A stretch of 64,000 nt of DNA from the human T2T-CHM13v2.0 reference genome, Homo sapiens (GCF_009914755.1 NC_060931.1), one strand, 5' to 3'. Counted from the first letter of the stretch, positions 1 through 14,374 are shown. Notes: a model not told the origin generated them from the sequence alone. Numbers and translations are program-made.

Positions 1-182
1 ATTTATTATATGCATGTTTAAAATACACAAAGAAATAAATAGTAATTGCACTAGGCATTTGAAACTGTACTTAAATATAAGCTGTGATTATTACAAATTC
101 TTACGCTGAATAAATATTTTTATTTTTATAATAATATGTTTGATACATGTGTAAATTTTTTAAAATGTATTATTTTTTCATA

Positions 183-524
183 GAGTTATGTCATGCATAA
201 TAATATTTCAGTCACAGATGGATTACATATACAAAAGTGGTCCCATGAGATTATAATACATATTTTTACATACTTTTCCGTGTTTAAGTATGTTTACATA
301 CATAAACTCTTACCACTGTGTTCTTATTGCCTGCAGTATTCAGTATAGTAATGTACTACACAGGTTTGTAGCCTGGGAGAGAGAGGTTATGCCATATAAC
401 CTAAAAGTGATAGGCTGTACAATCTAGGTGTTTGTAATATTCTCTCTGACGTTTGCAAAATGATGAAATTGCCTGTGGATGCATCTGTTAGAACGTATCC
501 CTGTCATTCAGTGATGCGTGACTG
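183..524 (-). mobile_element. Tigger3a/MER7-like TcMar-Tigger MITE
   Basis: Reverse complement matches the recalled Tigger3a consensus (GGGATACGTTCT..., CTACAAACCTGT..., TATAATCTCATGGGACCAC); degenerate CAGTCA-type terminal inverted repeats; TA at 181-182. Confidence 0.8.
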
Positions 525-1059
525 TGCTAAAATGCTAAATCTAAGTTTCAATGACCTCCATAAAATTGTTGTACTGTGAAATACAAATCTCTCACCTACG
601 GCCTGAATATGTTTGCAAACTTAGCAGATCATGGGAAGGAGAATGTGCTGGCATCGCTGGGATGATTTTCTCACACTATATGGATAATATCTCCAGACTT
701 TAGTAATATGAGCCACTTGCATAGAGTTAAAGTAAGCATCTCTTTGCTGGGAAATTTATCAAATGGAGTATGAAGTGTTTTTAAAACATACTTGTTTGTT
801 TGTACACGGTAGGCCTACAGTGGCTCATGGCAATGGTTGAGGTTGCTAAGATTTGGTGGAAGAAGGCAAAATGAAATGGCCACTTATATGGTATATGGAT
901 CACTTGTTTCTGTTGAGTTACAGATTCAGCTGGCTATTTCTCCCAATGTTAGTTATTTGGAGAAAAGAATCATGATAGTAATTTTGGGGTAACAAATACA
1001 ATATTTGATGAAAGCAAATTTATTGAGGGTTAGACAAACTACAAGATAATTTAGGCTGC

Positions 1060-1430
1060 AAGTCAACACGAGACTTCTGGCCCAAATTGTGCAGAGTTTG
1101 GGTCCAGCTGCAAAGTTCAAAGGAAGAGGCCATATAAGATGATTCGCACTTTTGTCACCAACTGCCAGTTCAGGGGTTTCCCCAGAACACCCTCAGTTTC
1201 AAGAATTTACTAAAAAGACTCACAGAACTCATTGAATGCCATTGTACTCATGGTTTATAATAGAGAAAGGGTAGAAATTAGGACCAATCAAAGGAAGAGA
1301 CATATCACATAAGGAGGAATCTAGGAGGATTTTGAATGTTAAGTTTCCATTGTCTTCAGGACATATTACCTTTCATTGTTGTACAGCAATAAATATGGAG
1401 TACTACCAAACTGGGGAGCTCACCTGATGC
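1060..1430. mobile_element. MER21-like LTR fragment
   Basis: Motif ACTCACAGAACTCA...GGTTTATAATAGAG resembles the MER21 family; boundaries approximate. Confidence 0.4.
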
Positions 1431-1439
1431 TAAAAAGAC

Positions 1440-3890
1440 ACTATTTAGAAAATGAAAAGACAAAGGAAAGGAGGAGATAAGATGACCTTCCATATTAAGG
1501 CACTGGAAAGAATAGCAAACTAAACCTAAAGCAAGCAGAAGGAAGAAAATAAAAATTAGAGAAATTAATAATTTATAATATTAATCATATTTGTTTGTGT
1601 TTACTAGTTGATATAAATTCTTGACTGACTTTTTTTAAAAAGAGAAATATTCACTTCCCAATTTATTCTGTGGGGCCAGTGTTACCTTGATACAAAAATT
1701 AGTCCAAATAGCATAGAAAAATAAAACTATTATAAGTATAAATGCAAAATTCCTTAAAAAATAGTAACAAATCAGATCTAGCAACATATAAAAGAATTAC
1801 ACACTATGACAAAGTGAAATTTATACTAGTAATCTCAGGTTGGTTTAACAGCCCAAATTCCATTACGGTAATACATCTTATCCATAGAATAAGAAAGAAA
1901 AATTGCATGATCATGTCGATAGATTTGGAAAAGACATTTAACAAAATCCAAATGCTTTAATGATTAAAAATAAAAATAAAAACTCAATGAACTAGGAATA
2001 GAGAACTTTCTACACCAGATACATGGCACCTGTGAAAAGCCAACAGTGAGCATGTAACTTAATGGTAAAGGATGCTTTCCCGCTATGGTCAGAGATAAGA
2101 ATAGGATATATACATTCTTGTATATAGAAAATTTTAAGGAATCCATTGAACGATAGAACTAGTAATTTATTTCAGCAATATTACATACAGCATACAAGAT
2201 AAATGTACAAAAATCAATTACACATATCTACAATGAAAACCCCAAAATGAAATTAAGAAAACACTTCAATTTAAAATAGCATCAAAAAAAGAAATAATAA
2301 TTAAGTTGGAAAATGTGATACAAGATTTTACTCTGAAAATTAAAAATTATTGTTTAAAGAATGTCTAAATAATTAGCAAACATCTTCCACCCATGAATTG
2401 GAAGATTTAATATTGTAGTACTTTACAAGGTGAACTACAGATTTGACGTAATCCCTGCAAGTATCTCAACAGACTTCTGTCTAGAAACAGACAAGCTGAT
2501 TCTAAAATACACATGGGATGGTAAGGGACTCAAAATAGCCAAAATAGTCTTGATAAAAGAAAACATATTAGGATAATTCACAGCCCCGTGCTCCAAAGCT
2601 TACGGCAAAGTATCAGTAATCAAAACACAATACTGATGAAGGAAAATTATATGGGTTGATGGAAGAGAATTGAGAGTCCATATATAAAACTATGTATCTA
2701 TAGTCAATGGATTCTTAAAGTGGTGCCATGTGCAATTCAATGAGGAAGAGACAGTCTTGGAACACACTGGGTCAACAACGTACACGTGGATCGACACTTG
2801 CAAAATAGTAAATTGGAACCCTTACCCCAAAGCATACAAAAATATTAACTCAAATGAATTAAAGACATGCATGCAAGAGCTAGAATAAAGCATATGCGAA
2901 AATCTTCAGGATTTTGGATCTAGCAAAGAAATAGTTGTAACCCCAAAAACAGGAGCAACAAAATAAAAATTAGATATTTAAAATTTCTTAAAAATTAAAG
3001 ACATTGGTGTTTCAAAGGACAACCAAGCAAGTCAAAAGGCAGTTCAAAAATTGTGAGAAAATATTTGAGAAACACATATCTATATGTCTGCTTATATATG
3101 TATCTTGAATATAGAAAAATTGTTTTAACTCAGTAACAAAAATCCCAACTCAAAACTGATAAATGATAGGAATAGTTGTGTATCCCAAGAAGATACACGA
3201 ACGGTCAATAATCCCATAAAAAGATACTCAACAGCATCACTCATCAGGCAACTACAAATCAAAACCACAGTTAGATACTCTATGGCTAGAACTGGTCACT
3301 TTGGAAAATAGGTTGATGGCTTCTAAATATATGAAACATAGAATTGTCATATGACCCAGAAATTTATTCCCAGGTATACCCCCAGAGTACTGGAAAGAGG
3401 TGTTCAAACACAAATTGTACACAAGTATTTTAACAGCAGTATTTAAAATAGCCAAAGGCTGAACACAACTCAAATGTCAACAAAATAATATTGGATAAAC
3501 AAAATGTTATATCCATGAAATTGAATGTTATACAGTTATAAAAAGAAATAAAGTACCAATACGCATATGAACCTTGATAGCATTATGCCAACTGAAAGAA
3601 ACCAGGCAAAAAGGCCACCTATTGTATGATTCTATTTAGATGAAAATAGAATAGGAAGATCTACAGAGACAAAAAACAGATTTGTTGTTGCTTAGGATTG
3701 AGTAGGGGATGGCTGCATAGGAGGTTAACAGCTAGAGAAGGTGGGGTTTCTTTTTGAAGTGATGAAAATGCTCTAAAATTCATTGTGATGATGGCTCCAC
3801 TTATCTGTGTATATACTAAAAGCCTTGACTTGTAGACATTAATATGTGCACTCTACAGTATGTAAATTATATCTCAATAAATCCTTTCAA
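1440..3890 (+). mobile_element. Ancient L1M (L1MB/ME-type) ORF2 and 3' end remnant
   Basis: Degraded ORF2-like peptide (MIMSIDLEKTFNKIQ vs [15 protein letters not shown]); L1M-type 3'UTR ending TATATCTCAATAAA. Confidence 0.8.
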
Positions 3891-3909
3891 AAATACACAG
3901 AAGACTAAG

Positions 3910-4240
3910 GAGTTTTGGACTGTTGCAGCTGGGAGACAGTTTGAAATACTGAATAGGTCTCATCCAGAATGTGAGGTTTCAGTAAAGACTTGAGGAAGTT
4001 GAATGAGCTCATCAATGGATATATGGAGGGCTATCTTTCCAAGCTAAGAAATTAACTAGAGTCTTGGTCATAAGGCAGCAGCATGTTGGCATGTCCAGAG
4101 GACAGTGAGGTGGCCAGGACCACTGGTAAGTTCAAGGGTGAAGACATAAAAGAATTTTGGCGGTTAACATGCGGCAGACCACGATGGGCTTGCAGAGCAT
4201 TGTAAGAATTGTGACTTTTCGTGTAAATGAAATGGGGAGA
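3910..4240 (-). mobile_element. L2 fragment
   Basis: Purine-rich L2-like motifs (GAGGACAGTGAGGTGGCCAGG...CATTGTAAGAATTGTGACTTT); highly diverged. Confidence 0.4.
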
Positions 4241-5949
4241 CAAATCATTATCCCATTATCAATATTTTAATAAATTGGATCCATGAACCAAATCCAATGA
4301 GATTAAATCAATTAGTAATAATATGCTAATTTGTATTAAAATTACCAGAATTCCTTGCACATTTGAGAACAGGAGAGTCATGATTGTTTATCAGCAATAA
4401 TAAACTATTAATTTTAATTGTCATCAGCTAATTGAGATTAATTGCAATACATCATGCTTTATAATGTGACTGTCAAAAGGAAAATATGACTGTAATCTTA
4501 TACTACATATATCAATGTCTTTGATTCATAGGACTATAGACTAAGCCCCTAGTTTTCAAAGCCAACTGATGAGGCAGCGACATCTTATGCACGTTTGCTG
4601 CTTTCTGCCACAGTGGTCCTTGGTCAGCTGGCACAAATTGTTTTACAACACCAATAGGTCTAAAAAAAGTTTGGATCACAATGAACACAGAATCACCTTC
4701 ATCCCTTCAGAAATACCTGTCAATTAGCTCCAATACAGAATGAAAAATTGACAACGGAAGTATGTGGATTGTAAAAATGCCAGATAGCTTGCATCTACAT
4801 GAAAGAAAAATGCCATTTTTATTACATTAGATCATTGTTTTACATGAGTTTTGGTATAGCACAATGTTGAACCAAGGGCAAAGAGAGATGAATTAATGAA
4901 GTCTTAAGATATCAAGAATTTGAAAGAAAAGGCAGGTCATCTTTGAAGGTTAGTGACATAGCATTCATCTTCTGTTGTCACCTTTTCCGTCATTCCCTGT
5001 ATGCCTGATGGACAGCTTTCACTCAAGTTCAGAGAACAGCATGCAAAGATTAGCTACCAACTAATTTTTATGAAGTGAGCTTAATTTCAAGCCAGACTGA
5101 GCTTACGTTTTAGCAGGAAGCATTTTTGGGAAATGTTTATGTTAGAGTTGGCCCTTCTTGACAAGGTGAGACATAAATGTCTACTTCATAGTCATGAATT
5201 AAGATGGGAAGATATTTGAGGGAAACATTTTCTCAAATGCTAAATAACAAAGGTACACAAATGGGAAATTATACTAGATTTATTTCCCACTGGTTTTCTA
5301 TGTCTCATGCAATTCACCTTGATTCCCTTCAGTTTCTATTTAATGTAGAAAGTGGCATTTTCATTATTTTAAGCTTCTACCACAATGAAAGAATTTCTCT
5401 TTTTCATGAACTGCATCATAAGTGAAAGGGAGGAAGAGTGTCCAATATCATATTTATTGTTCAACAAAACACTGCTCCACTGCTTAAATTCAGTTTAAAA
5501 AATAGAATTTGTTGAACATCTAACACATACATAAAAGGCAGTAAAGACACATGAGAAGAGGGCAGGATATTGAAGTATACAGACTTTAATGCTGAGTTTT
5601 GTATCTTAGTAAGTTACTGCACCTTAGAGAGACTCAATTTCCCCTGATTTAGGAAGGCGATGCTAATGGGTATTGCATAGGTGTAAGTATAAAAAATGTT
5701 GTATTTAAGAGAATCCCACAAGCTTGGTATAAGGCAGAAAATAAATAGATGTGACATTAATGAGTAGTTTATTACATTTGTATGCTACCTGCAGACGAGA
5801 GGAAGCAAGAAACACAGCCACTATGCTTAATTAGCATTATATTCTAATTTGGAATATAAATAGAAAAGAGAAAAATAGAAAGCTATACATAAACACATGC
5901 ATTAAAATGAATTTTATGTGGACTCTTTCAGGAAAATGTTCCTAAGGTA

Positions 5950-6600
5950 TTTTATTTTTTTATTGTGGTAAAATACACATAACATAAAATGTACTCTGTT
6001 AACCATTTTAAGTGTAAAGTTCAGTGGTACTAAATAGAGTCATAACATTGTGCAGCCATCCCTACCATCCATCTCCATAACTCGTTTCATCTTGTGAAAC
6101 TGAAACTCTATAGCCATTAAACAGTACTTCCCCATGTCTTCCTGCCCCCAGCTTCTGACAATCATCATTTTAGTATCTCTGTGATTCTGTCCACTTTAAG
6201 TCTCTTATACAAATGGAATTATACTGTATTTGTCCTTCACTGACTAACTTATTTCACTTGACATAATATCCTCAAGTTTCATCCAAGTTGCAACATATGT
6301 CAGAATATTTCCCTCATGTTTAAGGCTGAATAATTTTCCATTGTATGTATATATCATGTTTTGCTTATGCATTCATCTGTGGTTGGACACTTCAATTGCT
6401 TCCACGTTTTAGCTATTGCCAATAATGCTGCTGCAAACAAGGATGTGCAAATATTTTTTCAAGACTCTGCTTTGAATTCTTTTGCTATCTTGAGATGTGG
6501 GGCTGCCGAATCATAAGGCAATACCATTTGGATGTTTTGAGGAACTACCATACTGTTTTCCACAGCAAACATAGGGTTTGGCATTCCCTCCAATATTGCA
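5950..6600 (-). mobile_element. L1MB-type 3' end
   Basis: TTTTATTGTGGTAAAATACACATAACATAAAATG...CCATTTTAAGTGTA is the antisense L1MB 3' terminus, followed by antisense ORF2-end motifs. Confidence 0.75.
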
Positions 6601-9600
6601 AAAGGAATCGCCACATCCTTGCCTGTGGATTTTATTCACAAGTCCTGTGGCTCTCTCTACATCCCGGCCACCATGTATTATTTCCTGTTTATATATATGA
6701 CATCAAAGGTGCAGGAAGTAATGAACTAAATAGGAAGGATAAACATGTAGAAAAATAGAGGTAAATACTGACTACATAAAACCATAAGAATAAGAATTTT
6801 GGATGATCTATCTATTATATATCTATTTATCTAACATCTATCTGTTCCTCCATCTGTAATTAAAATATATTACAATTAGAGAACAGAGAAAAAAGTAGGA
6901 ATACATGAATTTAAATTTTAATTCTTCTTAGATTGTCTCACAGCATCATTATATGACAGAAAATTTATAGGTCAGTATCTGTTAACTAAAAATGTAACAT
7001 ATTTAAAGTATTCAAATATATTGAATTGCAGCATGAATAACATATTACAATCCATTCAAGTTTATTATATTCCAGGAACACAAAAATACAAATTTCATTT
7101 GCAATTCAAGAAAAACATAAATCGATACATATGATTGATGTATATACACATTTAATGTATTTTTAAATATACATTTTTAAAAAATAAAATTTTTCTAGGA
7201 CAGCTACTTAAAATATCACTGAAAATAGTGTTATTAGATAATACCTTCCTAATAACTCTGGTATTACATAAGAAAACAAAATTAAAATTTCAGATAAGCT
7301 TAGAAACTAAAAATTTTAAAAATATTATTCTGTTCGCCATATGTTCATATTTAATATTATTTCTTGTTTTCATTCTTCTTCAGTGTTGCTCTACTAAAAT
7401 ATAACATACAATAGTTACTTTTGATTTCTGTTCTTATTACTCAAAATTGTATACATTTTCTCATGCTCTTCATTTAGCTATGCTACTTTTCTTTACTCCT
7501 GGAATTTTCACATTTGTGTTCACTCTCTTTTGAGTTCCCATAGTATCAAATAAGCTTTTTGCCCTCTTTCTGATTTGAAGGTTCATCTTCTCATAATTAT
7601 TTTGTCCACTCAGTTTCTTTTCATTCTCAGTTAAGTGCCTCTAATCTGGCTTCTTTTCATTTGTAAGGTTTCCTTTCATCTTAAGCCAGTCTTTTATTTA
7701 TATTTTGATTCTGTTTTTTGGAGGACATGCTTCCTTGAATTTTAAGGAAGAGGCCAAAAGGTTTGTTCAAGTTTTTACCTGATGCATTGGATTAAATTAT
7801 CTAATGTACACACCCTTAATTTAAGTCTAGGGGCGACTGTGTCTACTCTCGATTTTCTATAGTATTATTTTTCTTAACATCCAAGTCCATCTTCATCTAT
7901 TTGTTTATGATCGATAAAAATATATTTGTCCAGAACCCTGCTTTGGTGGAGTTACTTCTTTCTAAGTAGGAGAGGTAGCAGTTGAGACATGAGCTGGGTT
8001 CTGGGTCAGTTTAGAGGGCTGGGCGACATTCCTCCTTTTGGTCTGCATGACTGAATAATGCGGTTCTTGCTGTCTCGCTCCTCTCCTTAACACATTGAGC
8101 CATTGCAGCAGATGAGAAGGAATAATCCTGATCTGCCATTCAGGTGGAACACTTATTCTCTCCAAACACATCCATAGGTTGTACTCACACTCGGCCAGAA
8201 TGTATCCTGTCAATGACATGGAGATGTATCTAGCTATCTAGATAGATATCTACTTTGGTTTATGCTCTCTGGTTGCCCGTAAATTATCTCCTTAAAGTGA
8301 ATATCAAAAGAGAGCTTGGTGATGGCAGTGTTATAAAATCCTCAAAATGCAGCACCCACACCCAGAGGAATTTGTAGATTCTGGGATTCTAATTCAGATA
8401 CCAAACTATATAAAAGGGACATTGGTCATTGAGGGTTGCTAGGCTCTTTGTGGAGCATATTTGCTCTTTTCATGACTTTGAAATTATTTTAAAAATCTAA
8501 CCTTTTTCTCGGTTTGCGGCAAGATGATTTGATTTTAATGCACAAGCACTAACTCTCCCCTAAGATTTGTACAATATATTTGCTCTGACAAGCCATAGCC
8601 AGCAACTCACTTCACAGCAATTTATAGCATTTCCACCACAAGTTGAATTATTTTTAACTAGACTCTCTTTGCCTTAAGAGAAATATGAAGAAGCAATATA
8701 CTTGTTCTAGTTAGGTTCAAAAGTTGGCAGTCTCTCTCCTGGAAAGAATAATAAAACTTTTCAGCGGCCTAATATGCATCTATAGACACACACATGCAAG
8801 CACTATTCATAATATTTAAAGCACATTCTGTTCTATGACTTCATTTGTCTAGCACAAAATAAAACGGTCTCAGTATATGTCAAGTACCAATTTTTTCATT
8901 TGGCCAATTATAGGTATTTTATTTTTTAAAAGATTAGAGTGTTCTTGAAGCTCGTTCTATTTCTTTGTCAATGAACTAAACATTGGCAAATATGTAGGGT
9001 TTCCCACATAAGAACATTATTAACATCAAAATAGAAAGCTGGTGGCAGAAATAATGATTGGGAACACATAGTCTCTACTCAGCGTTCTACTTCTGCCATA
9101 CCATAACTTTGTGATCTCACGACATATCTCTCCATGTTCTCATCCCTATGTATAGTTCTGTCATTTTTCAATAAGAGCTTTTTGCTTAATTATGAAGTAC
9201 TAGTTACTATAACCATTATTTTGAGCTTCATGTAAATCAAGAACACATGGACTCCACTTGCAAAACATTGAAAATGTAGTTAGGGATTGGGGGCACAAAG
9301 GAACATTTTAAAATGTGTAAAGACAATGAGTAAGCAACAAAGTGTCCAATTTTTTAGGCGAAAGTTGCATACGTCAGGAAAAGGCAGGATTAAGTAACAG
9401 AGAATTTGAATGATAACTGGCCAATTGGTGTCGTTTACAATTGCAAGTCATACAAATGAAGTTTGCTTTTTTAAAGAGAAAAGGAGTTAGTTAGAATGGG
9501 TCAACCTATTGGGGAAGCAATGTAGGTAGAGACAATGCCCAAAACCATGTGAGCAAATGCTGTGTACAGCGCACCACTGCAATGCTGCCATTGTGAGGCC

Positions 9601-10562
9601 AAGTCTCTCCTTGTCTTGGTACTGAGCCCTCCGTTCTGCCTCCATCATTGCCACTGTAGCTGCCACAAAATGATCCCTCAACCACCGCTGCCCAGGAACA
9701 AAGAAAGAATTCTGTCCTTCTGCGCTCTCAGATCAATTTCCAACATCAGGTGAGACTTTGATGGGCACTATTCAGTTCCCAAATCCCTGAAATAGATGCA
9801 GTAAAAACATAGAAGTTGCCTATGTGTTTCCCAATAAGACACATATGGAAGCCTGTTTTCCCACAACAGGAAGGGGTTTCCACAATGGGTGCTCAAAGGA
9901 ACAATATTCCCTGTAAACCATACTTTGCCCATATGAAGAAGAGCAATAAGGATTATTTAGTAAATAGACATGGAAACTCATCCAGGGTTGGCTGATGAGA
10001 AGCTGGTTAGCAAGTGGGTCTGTCTTCAGTTAGGACAAGGTCTGTGCTTCCCACGGGTTCTCTCCACAGCAGGAGGGATGCAAACTTCCCTTTCATCCCC
10101 TGCACCTACCCTCAAATGGCCCAGAGGTCTTCAGGTGCTAGAATTTCTCAATGAATGCTGCACAAAATAACAGACAACCTTGATTGTCACTGTCTGTTCT
10201 CATGAAGCTAGTCTCTGCTTACTACATAAAACAGAAGAGTAAGAACAAGGGTGTTAAACACTACCCTAGCTCAAACAAGTTTCTCTCTGTAGGATGCCAA
10301 GAACCTGGGAACCAGTGCATCTGCTGCTTTCCCTTCTCGGATTCTAGCCCAGACACAAGAGGCAAGGGGCATTTCTTCAGAGGCCTTGAGCTTCACTACA
10401 CAATGCCCCAGGCTCTACATGCACCCTCTTTATATATTTCTACCTTGAAAAAAAATTTTTATATAATAACATATATTTTTATATAAGGAACACATATGTT
10501 TATTTTATAGATAGATATAGATATACATAGATAAAGATCTCTAGTCTGCCTTTATTAAGGCT

Positions 10563-10848
10563 GGGCTGATCATGGTGCCCCAAAACTATAATCCCAGCAC
10601 TTTGGGAGGCCACGGTGGCCAGATCTCTTGGGTCCAGGAGATGGAGATCAGCCAGGGCAACATGGTGAAACCCTATCTTTACAAAAATTAGCTAGTATGG
10701 AGTCATGCACTTGCAGTCCCTGCTACTCAGGAGATTGAGGTGGGAGAATCGCTTGAGCACAGTTTGTGAAGGCTTCAGTGAGCTCTGATCACATGACTAC
10801 ACTCCATCTTGGGTGACAAAGTGAGACCCTCTCTCAAAATAAAATAAA
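10563..10848 (+). mobile_element. AluJ-like SINE
   Basis: Dimeric Alu with A tail, highly diverged; possible TSD AAGGCT. Confidence 0.85.
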
Positions 10849-11865
10849 AAGGCTTCCACCATACTCACAGATAAGTGTGGCAGGTATATTTGCAGATATC
10901 TTTCCTATATTCTATTTGGTAAAAAAAAAATTGCAAAGAACTCTTCTCATTCTAGATTTTTGTATTAATTAGATATTTGAAGTTTATAGCAGAAGAGCTA
11001 TAATCATGTTTGTTATGTGTACTCTATAGACCAGATAGTGCAAACATATATCAATGCTTTTTAAAAGTATATAAGGTTATTAGAAATATTTTAAACTACC
11101 TATAGGTATATATGTATCTAATTGAACTATCAAATGCAAGTAAGATCATTTCCTCAGCGTGTGAAATGCACTCAATTTATTAAAATATTTTCTAATGTCT
11201 ATTACAATAATATTTCTTAATTAGCTAGCATAAGAGGAGTTTTAAGACATTTATTTATATGTACTTACTAGATTCAAACTCGATTCCACTATTTTCAGAA
11301 ATCATGCTCCGAGACAAGTCCTTTTTTTATCTAACTATGTTTCTACCTATATTAAAAGACAGATATGTCAATTTTGCTGATCATGCTGTTCCAGACCTCT
11401 CCATCCTATTTTTCGGTTTGTTCTATCAGTCATTCAGAGACTTACTTATATTCAAATTTCTCTCTAGGTTTAACATTTGTGTATGTCTTCTTGTGTTTTT
11501 GTCTATTTTTGCTGTATATAATTTAAGACATTTATTGACATATATCATACATGCAGAAAAGTACAATGATTAAATATGGATAGCTTCATTAATGAAACAC
11601 ATGTAGTTGCTTATAACCATGTATGAAAATAGAACATTACTAAAAATAGAGATACTTCTCCTGCCCCTTTCCAAACACTAACCCTCATCCTAAATAGTAA
11701 CAGATTTTTTTTATCAAAGAGTAATTTGGTCTATTTTCAAATTTTTATTAAATAAATCAGAGTATCTACTCTAAGTCTATGCTTCTTTCACTGTTGTTAT
11801 TTTGCTTATAGTATTTGTCTGCTAATGGACATGGTAGATTAAAGACGGCTACATACACATTTTTT

Positions 11866-12166
<301 letters not shown>

Positions 12167-12199
12167 CACATTTTTTAATTAATAGACTTTTTGAGCACT

Positions 12200-12328
12200 T
12201 TGTGGCTCATGCCTCTAATCCCACCACTTTGGGAGGCTGATGTGCGGGGATCATGAGGTCAGGAGATCGAGACCATCCTGGCCAACGTGGTAAAACCCCT
12301 TCTCTACTAAAATACAAAAAATTAGCTG
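12200..12328 (+). mobile_element. Alu left monomer (AluSc-like), truncated at the duplication junction
   Basis: GTGGCTCATGCCTCTAATCCC...GAGATCGAGACCATCCTGGCCAAC...AATACAAAAAATTAGCTG, then an abrupt switch to module sequence. Confidence 0.85.
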
Positions 12329-12474
12329 ATACATAACATCAAGATAACATGTGGGTTCTTAGCTGCACTGAATCAAGCCTACCTACATCTTTGTTTGTCT
12401 TCCTCTGCACTTTTCCTTCCACATCACACTCCAGGAATGCCAAGCTGTGCTGGCCTTCTACACCATTTCCACTA

Positions 12475-13992
12475 TTTTGCCCCCGCCGACGCGGCTGTTT
12501 GCCGCCGTGGATTTTTGACCCCGCCGCTTGGGGGTTTTTGTGGCTTTATGCCCCCGCCGCCGCGGCTTTCTGCCCCCAGCCTCGAGGAATTTAGCCCCCA
12601 CCGCCACGGCTTTTTGGGGCTCTTTGCCCTCGCCGCCGCGGCTTTTTGCCCCCTCCGCCGCCGCAGCTTTTTGCCGCCGCAGCTTTTTGCATCTTTCTCC
12701 CCCCGCCACCACGACTTTTTTCCCCTGAAACCAAGGCTTTTTGCCCTCGCCGCCGCGGCTCTTTGCGACATTTTTCCCCCTGCTGCCGCAGCTTTTTGCC
12801 CCCGCCACCGCAAATTTTTCCGCAGCGGCTTTTTGTCACCGCCGCCGCGGCTTTTTATGGCTTTTGGCCCCCGGCGCCGCGGTTTTTACTGCTTTTCGTC
12901 CCCGCCGCCGCAGGTTTTTCCCGCCGCGGCTTCTTGCCCCGCCGCCGCGGATTCTTACCCCGCCGCCCCGGCTTCTTGCCCCGCCGCCCCGGCTTTTTGC
13001 GGCTTTTTGCCGCCACGGCTTTTGGCCCCCGCCACCGCGGCTTTTTACGCCTTTTCACCCCCGCCGCCGCGGCTTTTTTCCCCCGCCGCTGCAGGTTTTT
13101 CCTGCCGCGACTTCTTGCCACCATTGCCCGGGCTTTTTGCGGCTTTTTACCCCCGCCACCGCAGCTTTTTGCCCCCGCCTCTGCGGCTCCTTACCCCTAC
13201 ACGGCTTCCTGCCCCCGCCGCCGTGGCTTTTTATCACCCCAGCAGCTTTTTGCACCCGCCGCCACGGGTTTTTGCCCCTGCCGCCTAGGGTTTTTGCGGC
13301 TTCATGTCCCCACCGTCGTGGCTTTTTGCCGCCCCTACTTTTTGCCCCCTCTGCCGCGGCTTTTTGCGGCTTTTTACCCCCTGCGCCGCGGCTTTTTGCG
13401 GCTTTTGACACCGGACGCCGCGGCTTTTTGAGGCTTTTTGCCCCCGCCGCCATGGCTTTTTGCCGCCGCCGCACCGTTTTGCCCCCGCTTCGCCTTTTTG
13501 GCCCCGCCGCCGCATCTTTTTGCCGCCGCGGCTTCTTACCCCACCACCGCGGCTTTTTGCCCCTGCCTTCGTGGCTTTCTGCCCCCGACGCTGCGGCTTT
13601 TTATGGCTTTTTGCCCCCGTCACCGCAGCTTTTTGCCCCTGCCACCGCGACTTTTTGCCCCCGCCACCGCAGCTTTTTGTCGCCACGGCTGTTTGCCTCG
13701 GCCGCCGTGGCTTGTTGCCCCCGTCGACCCGGGTTTTTCCCCCACCGCCCAGACTTTTTGACCCCACCATTGTGGCTTTTTGCGCCCGCCGCAGTGGCTT
13801 TTTGTGGCTTTTTGCCCCCGCTGCCGCGGCTTCTTTCCCCCATCACAGCGGCTTTTTCCCCGCTGCCGCGGCTTTTTGCCGACGCGGCTTTTTGCTCCCG
13901 CCGCCACAGGTTTTTACCGCTGCGTCTTTTTCACCCCGCCTTTGCGGGTTTTTGCCCCCACGACCGCGGCTTTTTGCCCCCACCGCCGCGGG
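12475..13992. repeat. GC-rich tandem array, unit ~TTTTGCCCCCGCCGCCGCGGCT (GGGCAAAAAGCCG-type pericentromeric repeat)
   Basis: Directly visible ~10-22 bp degenerate units; A-poor top strand; CpG dense. Confidence 0.95.
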
Positions 13993-14374
13993 TCTGAGGG
14001 TGGGATCAGCAGACTCAGCTGCCAGATATACCAGCGTCCTGGCTAAGGCAGCGCCGAGGGTCACTCCTGGTCCAGCTCTCCTGGTTCGGGGGTTCCTTGC
14101 CTAGACACCCACGCCCCAGGCTCTGTTCCTGGGCCGCTGCAGCCTGCATAGAGCGGCGCTCCACTCGGCCCCGATGGGAGAGAAGAAGAAGAGCGGTGGC
14201 GGGGGTGACGCAGCTGTCGCGGAGGAAGGCGCAAGGGTCGCAGCCAGCCGGGTGCTGCAGCAGTGCGGGCAGCTACAGAAGCTCATCGGCATCTCCGTTG
14301 GCAGCCTGCACATGCTGTGCACCAAGTGCGCTGTGTCCAAGGACCTCACCCAGCAGGAGATATGGACCGTGCAG
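13993..14374 (+). pseudogene. KSR1: KSR1 5'UTR + exon 1 duplicate (unprocessed pseudogene fragment, copy 1)
   Basis: [77 protein letters not shown] matches the recalled KSR1 N-terminus [21 protein letters not shown]...[40 protein letters not shown] (about 76% from the second Met); first Met position reads CTG (14144); splice donor CAG|GTAAGG at 14374/14375. Confidence 0.92.

Noticed and set aside
12475-13992. Palindrome plus T-tract units resembling intrinsic terminators or a CRISPR array
   Set aside because: Human DNA; degenerate tandem units with no unique spacers and no cas genes
12395-14104. Long Pro/Arg/Ala/Phe- and Lys/Arg/Gly-rich ORFs (up to 418 aa) on both strands; same at 48862-50378
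   Set aside because: Stop-free by composition of the GC tandem array; open in all frames; no domain similarity
13993-14374. Naming the locus KSR1P1 or assigning a chromosome
   Set aside because: Such modules are probably multi-copy; assignment needs alignment to a reference
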